Shown here: positions 45,003 through 54,450 of the stretch, in pieces
Layout of the letters: every line of letters starts with the position of its first letter
Position numbering within the stretch: position 1 is the first letter of the stretch
Assembly (NCBI GenBank): GCA_031551255.1
Contig: JAVBNW010000068.1
Coordinates: forward strand, 1,428 to 65,427
DNA from: Eubacteriales bacterium
GTDB lineage: Bacteria > Bacillota > Clostridia > Christensenellales > UBA1750
Direction of reading: 5' to 3'
Length of the DNA: 64,000 nt
Notes under the pieces: generated by a model
Database searches by the model: none
What the model was told of the DNA's origin: nothing
Seen by the model: the letters and a program-made list of their open reading frames with translations, nothing else
Program-made: the position numbers and the translations under genes

Positions 45003-45520
45003 CCCACCTCCTCGATCTCAAAGGTGATACTCTCGACGAGACGACCACTTTCGACCAGGGTAGTCTTTTGGTTTTTATGGTCTAGCGTGTATTGGCTATC
45101 GGGAGGCTCGACCTTTCCCGTATTGATAAACTCCTGCGTCATTTGCACACAAAAAAGGCCGATGCTTTTGGCAGCTTGCTCTGCATTCCATTCTCCGGAA
45201 ATAACGCGGTTTATCGCATCCCGAGATACGGAATCAATGCTCTGTTTTCCGGTATCGTAACTAGCGCGAATGAAGCTGCGCTCCGGGATGTTTATTTGAT
45301 CGGTGCTCTTTTTAAGATGCAATCCGACATGATGTAAGTAGCCTCTCATGCGTTCCGTCACCTTGATCGTGCATCCGTATTCATGAACGGCAGCGATCAT
45401 AAGAAGATCACCGTCCGCGTCACCGAGTATACCAACGTGGATGCGCATCTTACTTAATGCTAAGAGTTCGCGCTTGATGCGAGCGAGGTCTTCGACGACT
45501 GGGTTTCTTCTTTGTGCCAT
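44999..45520 (-). CDS. HK97 gp10-family head-tail joining protein
   Basis: AAVHEYGCT...IPERSFIRASYD pattern. Confidence 0.55.
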   Translation of the reverse strand: MAQRRNPVVEDLARIKRELLALSKMRIHVGILGDADGDLLMIAAVHEYGCTIKVTERMRGYLHHVGLHLKKSTDQINIPERSFIRASYDTGKQSIDSVSRDAINRVISGEWNAEQAAKSIGLFCVQMTQEFINTGKVEPPDSQYTLDHKNQKTTLVESGRLVESITFEIEEVG

Positions 45521-45532
45521 CGCTCTTCCGCC

Positions 45533-46198
45533 TTATAACCGGGTATAGTAGCCGATGGTGTCGAGCCATTCTTGGCGGGGGGTTTTGTCGAACGTCCATG
45601 AAACATCGGAAATGCTGAACGCAGACAAGCCCTGCGCGCCATTTTGTAATGTTGCAAACTCCTGGCTGACCGCGCCCCACACGACGCCCTGTATGTCATA
45701 TGGGAGGGTGCAGGGGTCGTCATCAGTCGCGTCTTTGGGTAGAACGTACCCAGCGACATACTGCACTTCAAGGCTTCGCATCGGCGCTACGATGTCGTAA
45801 GCAAGGCCGCCCCGGTAACCCTGGAGCGGCCAGCCATCGTCTTTGTACAACACGCCGACCTCGCCGGTCGTGTTGAAGTCGTATTCGTCAGGTGGGATTG
45901 TGCCTCCGTCCTTTGTGTCCTTGACATAAGCGACGGAGATGATCGGCCATTGGAGCAGGACAAGTTCCTGTGTGCCGGAGGCATCGTATTTTTGGGTGTA
46001 GGTCTGCCTTCCAAGTTTGCGCCCGGTCATGCGCTCCACCCAAGCAGACACGCTGTTGATTAGGTTTGTGATGACAGCGTCGCGCTGCGGATCTTCGTCT
46101 TCGAGCGAGATCCCGAGCATGGTTTTCATCGTATCCAAAGTCGTCAGCGCATTGGCTGCCAATGCTACGGTTGTTCCGGTGCCGCTCAAGGTGGTCAC
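45533..46198 (-). CDS. gp6-like head-tail connector protein with extended C-terminus
   Basis: LDTMKTMLGISLEDEDPQRDAVITNLINSVSAWVERMTGRKL is a Phage_connect_1-type N-terminus. Non-ATG start (GTG 46198 or TTG 46189). Confidence 0.6.
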   Translation of the reverse strand: MTTLSGTGTTVALAANALTTLDTMKTMLGISLEDEDPQRDAVITNLINSVSAWVERMTGRKLGRQTYTQKYDASGTQELVLLQWPIISVAYVKDTKDGGTIPPDEYDFNTTGEVGVLYKDDGWPLQGYRGGLAYDIVAPMRSLEVQYVAGYVLPKDATDDDPCTLPYDIQGVVWGAVSQEFATLQNGAQGLSAFSISDVSWTFDKTPRQEWLDTIGYYTRL

Positions 46199-46212
46199 CT
46201 CCTCCGGGCAGC

Positions 46213-46368
46213 TTATTCGGCCTTGTCCTTTTCCTTATCTTTGTCATCTACATGAGGCGTCGTTGTGGTAGTGTTTGGCGGCGGGGTATTGGTGTCAGCT
46301 TTCACCTGCACGACGGGCCGTGCTGCCTTGTTGGCCGACGGAGCAGGGTTTTTGTAGATCCTAGCCAT
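46213..46368 (-). CDS. 51-aa low-complexity Thr/Pro/Lys-rich peptide
   Basis: ATG 46368 behind AGGAGG (8 nt): MARIYKNPAPSANKAARPVVQVKADTNTPPPNTTTTTPHVDDKDKEKDKAE. Below the ORF-track size cut-off. Confidence 0.35.
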   Translation of the reverse strand: MARIYKNPAPSANKAARPVVQVKADTNTPPPNTTTTTPHVDDKDKEKDKAE

Positions 46369-46383
46369 ACTCTCGCCCTCCTC

Positions 46384-46755
46384 TTAAACGGGTGCGTATT
46401 CCGGGTCGCCAATGGCATATGCGTACGTCGCACCGGTCGCTGCGGCTCCACTGGCGGTGATCTTGACGTAGCGCTTGCAGCCGACAAGATCGATATCGAC
46501 GTTCGCGGTATCGCCAGCGGATACGGTGATAGTAACGACGCCGTCTGTGGCGGTTCCGTTGTCGACGACGACATATTCATCGGATACCGGTTCGTAGGTT
46601 CCGTCCCTGCCGTCGCTATGAGTAAAGGTGATGATCAGATCGCCGTTCGTGGCTATGGTGGCCGCAAAGATCGCGGATAGAAACCCGCGACGATCAATGA
46701 CGTCCCCATTGGCATACGGTGCGACCTTCGTGTTCTGAATCAACTCGCGTTTCAT
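46384..46755 (-). CDS. head-associated protein (possible decoration protein)
   Basis: 123-aa beta-rich protein immediately after the major capsid gene. Confidence 0.4.
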   Translation of the reverse strand: MKRELIQNTKVAPYANGDVIDRRGFLSAIFAATIATNGDLIITFTHSDGRDGTYEPVSDEYVVVDNGTATDGVVTITVSAGDTANVDIDLVGCKRYVKITASGAAATGATYAYAIGDPEYAPV

Positions 46756-46786
46756 GTTTGGTTCCTCCTTATTGCAATGTAGGGGG

Positions 46787-48379
46787 CTAAGCGATCAAGC
46801 AATTCTTGATATAGGCAAAGCTTTCCGCATGACGGGCGGCAATATCGTCGTACATGAGCGCACGGGTTGCTGCGAGGTTTTCTTCGAAGGCGTTGTGCTG
46901 TACGCCGTCCTCATCCGTCCATGAACCGTCAAGGGTCGTGTAAGTTTCAAGTCCAAGCTGCTCGCCGACAAGGAGGTCAGCCCAGTTGCCGAAGAAAAAT
47001 TCGGTCTTGTTGCTGCTGTCGGTTTCGATCTGGTTGCTAACTTCGTAGGGGAATCCCAGCAGCTTGCCGCTGTTCATCTCGTCGCGATAGATATAAGCGC
47101 CGGTGGTAGTCTTCAGGTTCATGAGGTAGCCTTCCATCATGGAATTGAACGCCCAGCCCAACGCCAGGTCATCGACATTCTTGGCAAGCACCTTGCTGCG
47201 AACGTAGACTGGGAAGTCAGCGGTAATTTTACCAGATGCATCGACAAGTTCGAGGTTACTAAGCGTTGACACGTCGATTGTGAGGATACCGTTGGTATTC
47301 TTCACACCAAGAGGCTGGAACTCGCCACCCTTTCCGAAAAGAGCGCCCCAATCAAGACCAAGCTCCATGCGACGAGTAAGATCGCTGGCGAAGATAGCGT
47401 CCGCGCTGTAGTTCGTGCTCATCAGCAGTTCACGGGTCTGCGGTACGATGGCCTCAAGGCGCTTCGCCGACAACTTAACATTTCCATACGCGGGCTGACT
47501 CTTTGCGATTTTTCGCTGTTCACCGCCCCATGTCGCACGCGCCCCGCTCGTCATTTTGGGGATGTTCAGGTTGCCGTTCGTCAAAGGTACTTTTCGGGCA
47601 CCAAGCTTAAAGATAACGGTTTTGGAGTACAGCATCTCGATGATCTCATCAAGATAGATCTCGGGGATGAGGTAGCCACCGCTCTGCGGGGAGGTAGCCG
47701 AAAGCGCCTTGAATTCGTTGGCCATGTTATCGTCGCTGTAGTTTTTCTTAGCGTAGTAAGCCGCCCTCTCGGGGTCGTGGCGACCAAACACGTCAAGGCA
47801 TTTTACCGCTCTGGCCAACTGAATTTCGGGGGGAATCTTCTTCTGGTTCTGAGGAGCTGTTCCACCACTCTTCGGGATGTAGATTTCGGAATATTTGCGC
47901 TGGGCAGGTGCGGCCTTCTGCCGACCTTTACGCTGACGGGTTTCGGATGTACGAGCGGACTTGCGTTTCCCCTTCATTTCGTCCTCCTCGTCATCCGACT
48001 TGATGTCATCATCGGGGTCGTCATCGTCGCGAGGTTCCTCGCGCCCGTTGGACGCTTTCGACTCGTCGGCAAGCTCCTCCATGATGAGGGCGACTTCCGC
48101 GAGAATGTCTTCAGTGGGGTCTTCTCCAAGCTCCTCTCCCTCTTCCTTGCGGCTCTTGCGTTTCTCAGTGGCTGCTTCGACGGCTTCAGCGATGATATCC
48201 GCGATGTCTGCGGCGGCTATGACTTCTTCTCCGAGTTCGGTATCGTCATACTCCTTCTCGTCACTCTCGCCCATCGCTTCTTTTACCGCCGCTTTGATAA
48301 GGGCACCGAGCTCATCGGTGCCCATCTTCATGCCCTTGGAACGATTCGAGGCTCTTTTGCGATTCCTGGTCATACTCAT
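46787..48379 (-). CDS. HK97-fold major capsid protein with a long acidic N-terminal (delta/scaffold-like) extension
   Basis: ATG 48379 behind AAGGAGG. C-terminal about 300 aa is capsid-like (GGYLIPEIYLDEIIE...LNIPKMTSGARATWGGE...). N-terminal about 200 aa is extremely Asp/Glu/Lys-rich. Confidence 0.8.
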   Translation of the reverse strand: MSMTRNRKRASNRSKGMKMGTDELGALIKAAVKEAMGESDEKEYDDTELGEEVIAAADIADIIAEAVEAATEKRKSRKEEGEELGEDPTEDILAEVALIMEELADESKASNGREEPRDDDDPDDDIKSDDEEDEMKGKRKSARTSETRQRKGRQKAAPAQRKYSEIYIPKSGGTAPQNQKKIPPEIQLARAVKCLDVFGRHDPERAAYYAKKNYSDDNMANEFKALSATSPQSGGYLIPEIYLDEIIEMLYSKTVIFKLGARKVPLTNGNLNIPKMTSGARATWGGEQRKIAKSQPAYGNVKLSAKRLEAIVPQTRELLMSTNYSADAIFASDLTRRMELGLDWGALFGKGGEFQPLGVKNTNGILTIDVSTLSNLELVDASGKITADFPVYVRSKVLAKNVDDLALGWAFNSMMEGYLMNLKTTTGAYIYRDEMNSGKLLGFPYEVSNQIETDSSNKTEFFFGNWADLLVGEQLGLETYTTLDGSWTDEDGVQHNAFEENLAATRALMYDDIAARHAESFAYIKNCLIA

Positions 48380-48396
48380 TGTCGGTTTCCTCCTTG

Positions 48397-49395
48397 TTAG
48401 TTGAAAATGATCTCCACGGTGGGATGTTGGGATTTCTTTTGCATGTGGCTCTGTGGAACGGATGTGCGCCGCAGTCCTTTTCCACCGATCTCTGCTTCCT
48501 TGATGACGGTTTTGAGCGTTTTCACCGCTCCTTCCATCGTAGCGCATGCCTCTTTCAGGGACTTGATGCGCACCGCACTGATCTTCCGGCCCTCCTTCAA
48601 TTCGCGCAGCGCTTCGGTCACAAAAAAAGCAGCCGACGCTTCGGCTGCCGAGGAGGAGGCTTTGTACCCGGTAATGACCGCCTCGGGGTTCATGGCCCAT
48701 GTGACGATGGAGACTTCCCACAGCTTGACTTCGCGCAGGTGCCGTATACCGTCTTCCTGGTCGTAGTCAAAGATCACAGGGTCATATCCGATGGACATTT
48801 CAGTTAGTACGCCATCGCTTAGGAGCGTTTTTACATCCTTGCCCATCGCCGTGTCGCTGATTTTACCTTTGATATAGAGGCCATGCGCGTCTTCGCGCAG
48901 CTCAAGGGGTATGCCGATGGGTAGCCATCCATCGTTGTGCAGCACGAGGATTTTGATTCGTCCCAGGCCTTCGGCGATTGTCTTCGTGAAGGCTCCGGGT
49001 TCGATGATGTCCCCTCCGCTGTCTACATTGCCAAACACGGCAGCGTAGCCGGAGAAGATGCCCTGCTCCTCGTCAAAATCCTCTAGCTCAAACTGGAGCG
49101 TTTTGTATTCAGTTTTGCTGCCTTTGGTTTTCACCCCCTTTTTGAGCGATGATTCCCACGCCTCGAGGCCGACTTTTTCGTCGTAGTAGCGTGGCGTTTC
49201 ATTCAGGTGTGCCAGAGCGATTTTCGCGGTATCGACCGGATCATCGTTTGTAAGATTGATGATGGTGTTGACTGTGCCATGCTCAAGCTCGATGTCCATA
49301 CCACGCAAAAAATCCCCGAGAGTGAATTTGACGGATTCAAAGTTCACACCGAGGACTTTTGCTGCTTCGCTTGCTTGCTGTTCGCTGAATGCCAT
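48397..49395 (-). CDS. HK97-family prohead protease with N-terminal DUF5661-like domain
   Basis: ATG 49395. N-terminal FLRGMDIELEHGT...AKIALAHLNETPRYY, then GYAAVFGNVDSGGDIIEPGAF...H...S protease core. Confidence 0.75.
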   Translation of the reverse strand: MAFSEQQASEAAKVLGVNFESVKFTLGDFLRGMDIELEHGTVNTIINLTNDDPVDTAKIALAHLNETPRYYDEKVGLEAWESSLKKGVKTKGSKTEYKTLQFELEDFDEEQGIFSGYAAVFGNVDSGGDIIEPGAFTKTIAEGLGRIKILVLHNDGWLPIGIPLELREDAHGLYIKGKISDTAMGKDVKTLLSDGVLTEMSIGYDPVIFDYDQEDGIRHLREVKLWEVSIVTWAMNPEAVITGYKASSSAAEASAAFFVTEALRELKEGRKISAVRIKSLKEACATMEGAVKTLKTVIKEAEIGGKGLRRTSVPQSHMQKKSQHPTVEIIFN

Positions 49396-49409
49396 TCTAG
49401 CCCTCCTTC

Positions 49410-51614
49410 TTAAAATCCGCCGTACGTGACATAGCAATGGCAGTTGATGCACTGCTCAGCCGAGTCCGTACCGGTGTATTCTGGATCGCGCGGGAATCGT
49501 AGGCCGTTGCTGAATTTTTCATCCACAGTGCGCACTTGTCCGTTTAATGCGACATGGTTGGGATCGCCGTTCTTTCCGTCCCTTGGATCTTTCTGAGGCC
49601 TGTGATGCCATGTTTTCGTGGTGGCCCCGGCCGTTCGCATCATGTCGTATTGACCACTCGTAAGGCTTGTTAGCGTTTCCTGCCGGGCAATCGTTCTGGC
49701 GCGACTCTGTGAGGTTTGCATCTCCTGCATAATCTCTTGCGTCATTTGTTTGGTGCTGGTGCCATGCGCCATACCGTCAGACACAATACGGCTGATACTG
49801 TCCCTGGTCGCTGCCTCGATGCCCTGGATACGGCTTCCGCCCCGGAGCTTCGCCGTGCTGATCAATTCCGGACGCTGAACGCTGCGGATGTTGTAGAGGC
49901 TCTGGCTGTGCTTTGCACCCGCGTCATAGGCTTTCCTCCACAGCGGATCGTAAATTTTCTTAAGTACAATGTTCTCGTTCGCCCAATCGAGAAGGCTGCC
50001 GGTGAATTTGCTTGACAAAGCTTTTTGCTGATCCGAATCAAGCATGTTCCAAGTCTCGAAGTTGACGGTGCCGTCCTCATTGATGTACTGGCGTAATTCA
50101 TCCCAGCCCGTCCCGTCATCCTTACTGCTCTCGCCAAGCACGATCCCTATGCGCTTCGCCTGCTCCCGGAAGTATTTCATGGTGGAAATTTCAAAAGCCG
50201 CAGCGCATTCTCGCACTGCGGCATCTTCCGATCGTTGGGCTGCGGCCAAGTTGATACTTCGCTTCGCCGACTTTTGCCCGTAAGCATCGAGGATTTCGAT
50301 AGCGTCCTCGTCCGTTCCATCCTCCACCTTGGCGTCGTTGCCCTCAGACGTATCGTCCTCGAGTACGATAGTCTCGTCTGCACCAGTGAACTCAGATGTC
50401 GCTACGGCCTCAGAAACCGCCACGGGATCTTCGTCCTCATCAATGTATAGATCGGTATACAGCCCCTTCCAGACACGGCCACCGGCCTTTGAGGCTGGCA
50501 TATCGAGCAATTCTCTGGCCTCATCTTTTAAGAGCAACCCGGCATTCCAGCCATCAATACCTTTCTGTTTGTCAAACTCCTGGTTACGAGGTACGATGTC
50601 GTCGTAGTGCCAGATGAGGTTTTCCCCAAATGCAGGTATGAGCTGCTTGTTTACAGCTTCCTCGCGGCGGCGAAGGGGTGGCATGAGGACGTTCTGCGCG
50701 TAGATGAATTGCGCCGCCTCTGCCGTGGATCGGTTGCTGTTCTCAGTTATACCCATGATCTCGCGAGGAACGCCAAAATGTTCCAAAACCGCATCGCGAA
50801 GATAAATCCGACCGGCGACCATATCCATGTCTTTCATGGTGTCACCGACCTTTTGAACGCTTATCTCGCCATTGACCGTTGCCATGCCATGACTTTTGAA
50901 AACGCCTTGAAAGCGTTCGAGCCATTCCATGCGGAACCGCTCACGTTGTTCGTCCTTACTTTTGGGCATTGCTACGATTATGTTTGGCGTGGCGTCATTA
51001 AAAAAGAACCGCTTCTGAAACTTCGCGGCATATTCGTCAGTCTCAACTTCATCGGCAATGCTCTCAGCAGCCCCGAGGCCTCGCATGAATGGATCGAGTG
51101 GATTGAGGGATTTTTGTACAAACATATCCTCAACGGGAACATCTAAGATGCCACCGCTGGATGTTCGAATCGAATAATAGGGGTTCCCTAGATATGGCGT
51201 GGAGAACACCCAATGAATCGGAACAGGCCAGAGTTCGTTCGGTCTTCCCCTTGCATCTCGCTCGATAATGAAGTAGCCCTCGCCTTTGAGCAGCAAATAT
51301 ACCTCCTGTAGTTGCCAGAGGGATGCACTCGAATACTCGTGCAGCGGATTCGGGTTATTCCAAAAATCCAAGAAGGGGTGAGACGTGATTTCCTGTTCTT
51401 TTCCGTAGCTGTCGATCGCATACAGCTTCCCCGAAGCAAAAGAAAGGTCGGAGGCGATTCTACCTACGACCGCAAGACGGGGGCTGGTACTGTATGATTT
51501 AATCCAATCCGTTGTGTTTCTCTCGGGTGGCCTAGACCAGCGCGGCAACATGCTGGCATCGTATCTTCTAAACGAATCGTTGTTTCTTCTCGGTCGTCTG
51601 CCGAATAAGGGCAT
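49410..51614 (-). CDS. portal protein fused to a MuF / SPP1-gp7-like head-morphogenesis domain
   Basis: HK97-type portal N-terminal about 430 aa. C-terminal ...ARQETLTSLTSGQYDMM...HVALNGQV...CINCHCYVTY is MuF-like. Confidence 0.75.
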   Translation of the reverse strand: MPLFGRRPRRNNDSFRRYDASMLPRWSRPPERNTTDWIKSYSTSPRLAVVGRIASDLSFASGKLYAIDSYGKEQEITSHPFLDFWNNPNPLHEYSSASLWQLQEVYLLLKGEGYFIIERDARGRPNELWPVPIHWVFSTPYLGNPYYSIRTSSGGILDVPVEDMFVQKSLNPLDPFMRGLGAAESIADEVETDEYAAKFQKRFFFNDATPNIIVAMPKSKDEQRERFRMEWLERFQGVFKSHGMATVNGEISVQKVGDTMKDMDMVAGRIYLRDAVLEHFGVPREIMGITENSNRSTAEAAQFIYAQNVLMPPLRRREEAVNKQLIPAFGENLIWHYDDIVPRNQEFDKQKGIDGWNAGLLLKDEARELLDMPASKAGGRVWKGLYTDLYIDEDEDPVAVSEAVATSEFTGADETIVLEDDTSEGNDAKVEDGTDEDAIEILDAYGQKSAKRSINLAAAQRSEDAAVRECAAAFEISTMKYFREQAKRIGIVLGESSKDDGTGWDELRQYINEDGTVNFETWNMLDSDQQKALSSKFTGSLLDWANENIVLKKIYDPLWRKAYDAGAKHSQSLYNIRSVQRPELISTAKLRGGSRIQGIEAATRDSISRIVSDGMAHGTSTKQMTQEIMQEMQTSQSRARTIARQETLTSLTSGQYDMMRTAGATTKTWHHRPQKDPRDGKNGDPNHVALNGQVRTVDEKFSNGLRFPRDPEYTGTDSAEQCINCHCYVTYGGF

Positions 51615-51642
51615 GGCGGTTCACCTCTCTTTCTTTGCATGC

Positions 51643-53067
51643 TTAGGTGTTAATGCCCCAGTCGCTTCTAACCGGGTTGTACAGGGCTAGGCCGAGCGCA
51701 TCTCCGATGTCCGGGGACGATACACCACGAGCCTTCATGTGCTCTTTTCGCTCCAGTTCGATTTTCCCGGCGCTATTGATGCTATACTTACGGTTCGAGA
51801 GTTGACTAATCTGCCGGTCGCTGTACCAGAGGGCAAGGGTTTCGTCAAGCAATGCTTGGCGAATAGCTCCCCACATCAGGCCGGTGCTGTTGGCAAACTC
51901 GATGGGGTCATCATCGGAGATCGTGCCTCCCTCAGCCCCAAAATGGCATTCGAATACTTCGAACGAAAAAGGAGCCTCGATTTCTAGTTGATCCCGGCGA
52001 TTGTTGATATCGGCTTCGATTTCCTTTCGTTGCTCATTTACGCGATCAAAAACACCAACGCCCAAACCGTCGCAGTCGATCTTAACGTGAATCGTATTGA
52101 CGGTGGGATATTCCAGCGCCATCCGTTTGACCTCGGCAATCGTAAGGCCGGATAGCTGCATCGTATCATTGTGATGGTGGATGCTCGGTTCCAGTTCCAC
52201 CATGCGATCGAGAACGGAGCAAATTACGCTATCGTCGTCGCCAAACCTTGCAACGTCCACACCAATATCGATTCTTCGAGGCTCCAGAGCCTCCGGCTTG
52301 ACACGGCTCGCCCTCTCGCACCAATCCATGGGTATGAACGAATCTGGCAGTGCCTTGGGGAAGTCACCCGAGACTCGAACGCGAAAAACATCGCTATCCT
52401 CGCCGTACATATCGATGATGCGCTGAACGAAGAGCTTATCCACTCGCGCGGAAGTGCGCCCATCAACATGATGCACGCGGTAAAGAGAACGGTTCTTGTG
52501 ATGGCTGTCGTAGAAAAAACCCTTTAGCTGTGTAGGATTTCCGAACATCGCTAACGTTGCATTCTCCGTTGAGAGGGCACCTAATACTGGTTCAAATATG
52601 ATGTCCGCTACACCGGATGCTTCGTCGATGAGGAACAGCAGGTTATCAGCATGAAACCCTTGCAAGGCATCCGGTGTCGAGGCCGTCCGCGCGGCGGCAA
52701 ACCATTCTTCCGGATGATCGACCATATAGACGCGTTCTTTTGTCCAAACCAGAACTTCACGCAGCGATGGATTGTTGCGAATCCACTTGCTGATTTCGGC
52801 CCAAAGTATGTCGTTGAGTTGATGCATGGTAGGAGCCGTGCATACTACCTTGGGGAACGGTCTGGTGAGCATAAACCAGATAACCAACCAAGACGCCACC
52901 GCGCTTTTTCCGATTCCGTGGCCGCTACGAACGGTGGTCATCTGATATTTCGCAACATCATTGAGGATGTCTGCTTGTATATCATCAGGGGTTGCCCCAA
53001 TGATGTCTTCAACAAATTCAACTGGACGATCCGCATAATAAGCTATCGCCTGTGTGGTGTCATCCAT
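51643..53067 (-). CDS. terL: terminase large subunit
   Basis: Walker A RSGHGIGKS, Walker B LLFLIDEASGV, C-terminal RNase-H-like nuclease half. Confidence 0.9.
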   Translation of the reverse strand: MDDTTQAIAYYADRPVEFVEDIIGATPDDIQADILNDVAKYQMTTVRSGHGIGKSAVASWLVIWFMLTRPFPKVVCTAPTMHQLNDILWAEISKWIRNNPSLREVLVWTKERVYMVDHPEEWFAAARTASTPDALQGFHADNLLFLIDEASGVADIIFEPVLGALSTENATLAMFGNPTQLKGFFYDSHHKNRSLYRVHHVDGRTSARVDKLFVQRIIDMYGEDSDVFRVRVSGDFPKALPDSFIPMDWCERASRVKPEALEPRRIDIGVDVARFGDDDSVICSVLDRMVELEPSIHHHNDTMQLSGLTIAEVKRMALEYPTVNTIHVKIDCDGLGVGVFDRVNEQRKEIEADINNRRDQLEIEAPFSFEVFECHFGAEGGTISDDDPIEFANSTGLMWGAIRQALLDETLALWYSDRQISQLSNRKYSINSAGKIELERKEHMKARGVSSPDIGDALGLALYNPVRSDWGINT

Positions 53068-53079
53068 ACCGGCAACCTC

Positions 53080-53550
53080 CTATGCCTCATCTCCAGGTCC
53101 GGCCTTGACTCGCTTTTTCCAAGCCTCGGCAATCTGCTTAGAAATACTGGCACCTTCCTGCGGAACATCCGGCGGCTTATCCCGCCATCCCTTACGGTTC
53201 TTGAGCCAGATGGCTTGCGCCCCAACGTCGCCGGGGATATGCTTCTTCGTAGTTTCCACCCGCACCGGTTGCGGCGCTCCATCGCGTCCAATCTGTACGG
53301 TTTGCTTAGTTTCGGTTGCTTCGTATCCCACGGCGCGCTCATAGAGCGATTTTTGAACTCTCGAATCAGCGATGTCGCGGCCTTGCGAAAGAGCTTCATC
53401 CATGGCGGGGTAATCACGCCGCCAGCGCTCAAGGGTACGTTTACTGACGCCCATGCGCTCGGCTATCGTCTTCATATCCAGGCCCTCTACAGCAAGCGAC
53501 CACGCCCAAGGAGCGTGGTACTTCTCGTTGTACGCCGATGTCCGCGCCAT
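53080..53550 (-). CDS. terS: terminase small subunit (HTH)
   Basis: LDMKTIAERMGVSKRTLERWRRDYP HTH, directly upstream of terL. Confidence 0.7.
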   Translation of the reverse strand: MARTSAYNEKYHAPWAWSLAVEGLDMKTIAERMGVSKRTLERWRRDYPAMDEALSQGRDIADSRVQKSLYERAVGYEATETKQTVQIGRDGAPQPVRVETTKKHIPGDVGAQAIWLKNRKGWRDKPPDVPQEGASISKQIAEAWKKRVKAGPGDEA

Positions 53551-53562
53551 GTGATCACCGCC

Positions 53563-54450
53563 CTATCTACATCCGGACAGGTAATCAGCAGCCATGAGCT
53601 CCAAGCCCTGCCACATGTTCTTACCCGTCACCTCCCCCGCATCCCTCATGGATTCTAGTGCCCGGATGATCGTTTTTGCCGCACCTTGTGGAACCTTGTG
53701 CGTGCCAATGACGGCGCTGATCGGAACCCAGTTCGTGTTGTCGTTCTTGCCTTCGCCGTCCAGAATCACAGAAGCCAAGGAACCGATGTTTGACTCCCAA
53801 AACGCTAAAATGAGAGAGAGCCCAACGGCGGTGTTCTTCACCCCGAACGTGGACTGCGATTCGTCCATGCTCTCCAAATAGCGGTCGTAGTCTTGGCCGT
53901 AGGCCAACCACACCGGATCTTTCTTTGCTTCCTCCTTAGCTTTGGCAAGCACCTCCTGGGCGTGCTCCAGTTCGCGAGGAAGGAACATGAGCGTAACCAC
54001 CCGATAATCCAGACTGGCCTCGCTTATGGAGTCCAGCTTGATCTTTTCAAGCAGTTCCAGCGTTTTGTCGTCCAGACCGGAATACGCCTTCGCGTCGAGG
54101 TCTAGTTCCTCATATAACTCCTTTAAGATAGCGAGGTCATCGTGGCCGACGATGGCGTTGTGAGCTAGTTGCATAGCCACGCGGCGCTGCTCAGGAAGCA
54201 TATCATCTATCAACATGACATCAATCTCTTCCAGACCGGCCTCGATAGCCGCCATGACTCGATGGTTGCCCGAGAGGATGGCGCTGTATTGACCACTTTC
54301 GTCGAGACAGACCAGCGGAACTGAGGTCAAGCAGCCGTCTTCGCGGATATTAGCAACGAGCCGTTGAAACTCCTCGTGCTTCATATACCTGGCATTACGC
54401 TTAAGAAGCGGCAAGTCTCGGGGATTGGCCTTGACAATACGCGTGGTCAT
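53563..54450 (-). CDS. ParB N-terminal (ParB/Srx nuclease-like) domain protein
   Basis: LTSVPLVCLDESGQYSAILSGNHRVMAAIEAGLEEIDVMLID (GxxR-type box). Confidence 0.7.
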   Translation of the reverse strand: MTTRIVKANPRDLPLLKRNARYMKHEEFQRLVANIREDGCLTSVPLVCLDESGQYSAILSGNHRVMAAIEAGLEEIDVMLIDDMLPEQRRVAMQLAHNAIVGHDDLAILKELYEELDLDAKAYSGLDDKTLELLEKIKLDSISEASLDYRVVTLMFLPRELEHAQEVLAKAKEEAKKDPVWLAYGQDYDRYLESMDESQSTFGVKNTAVGLSLILAFWESNIGSLASVILDGEGKNDNTNWVPISAVIGTHKVPQGAAKTIIRALESMRDAGEVTGKNMWQGLELMAADYLSGCR

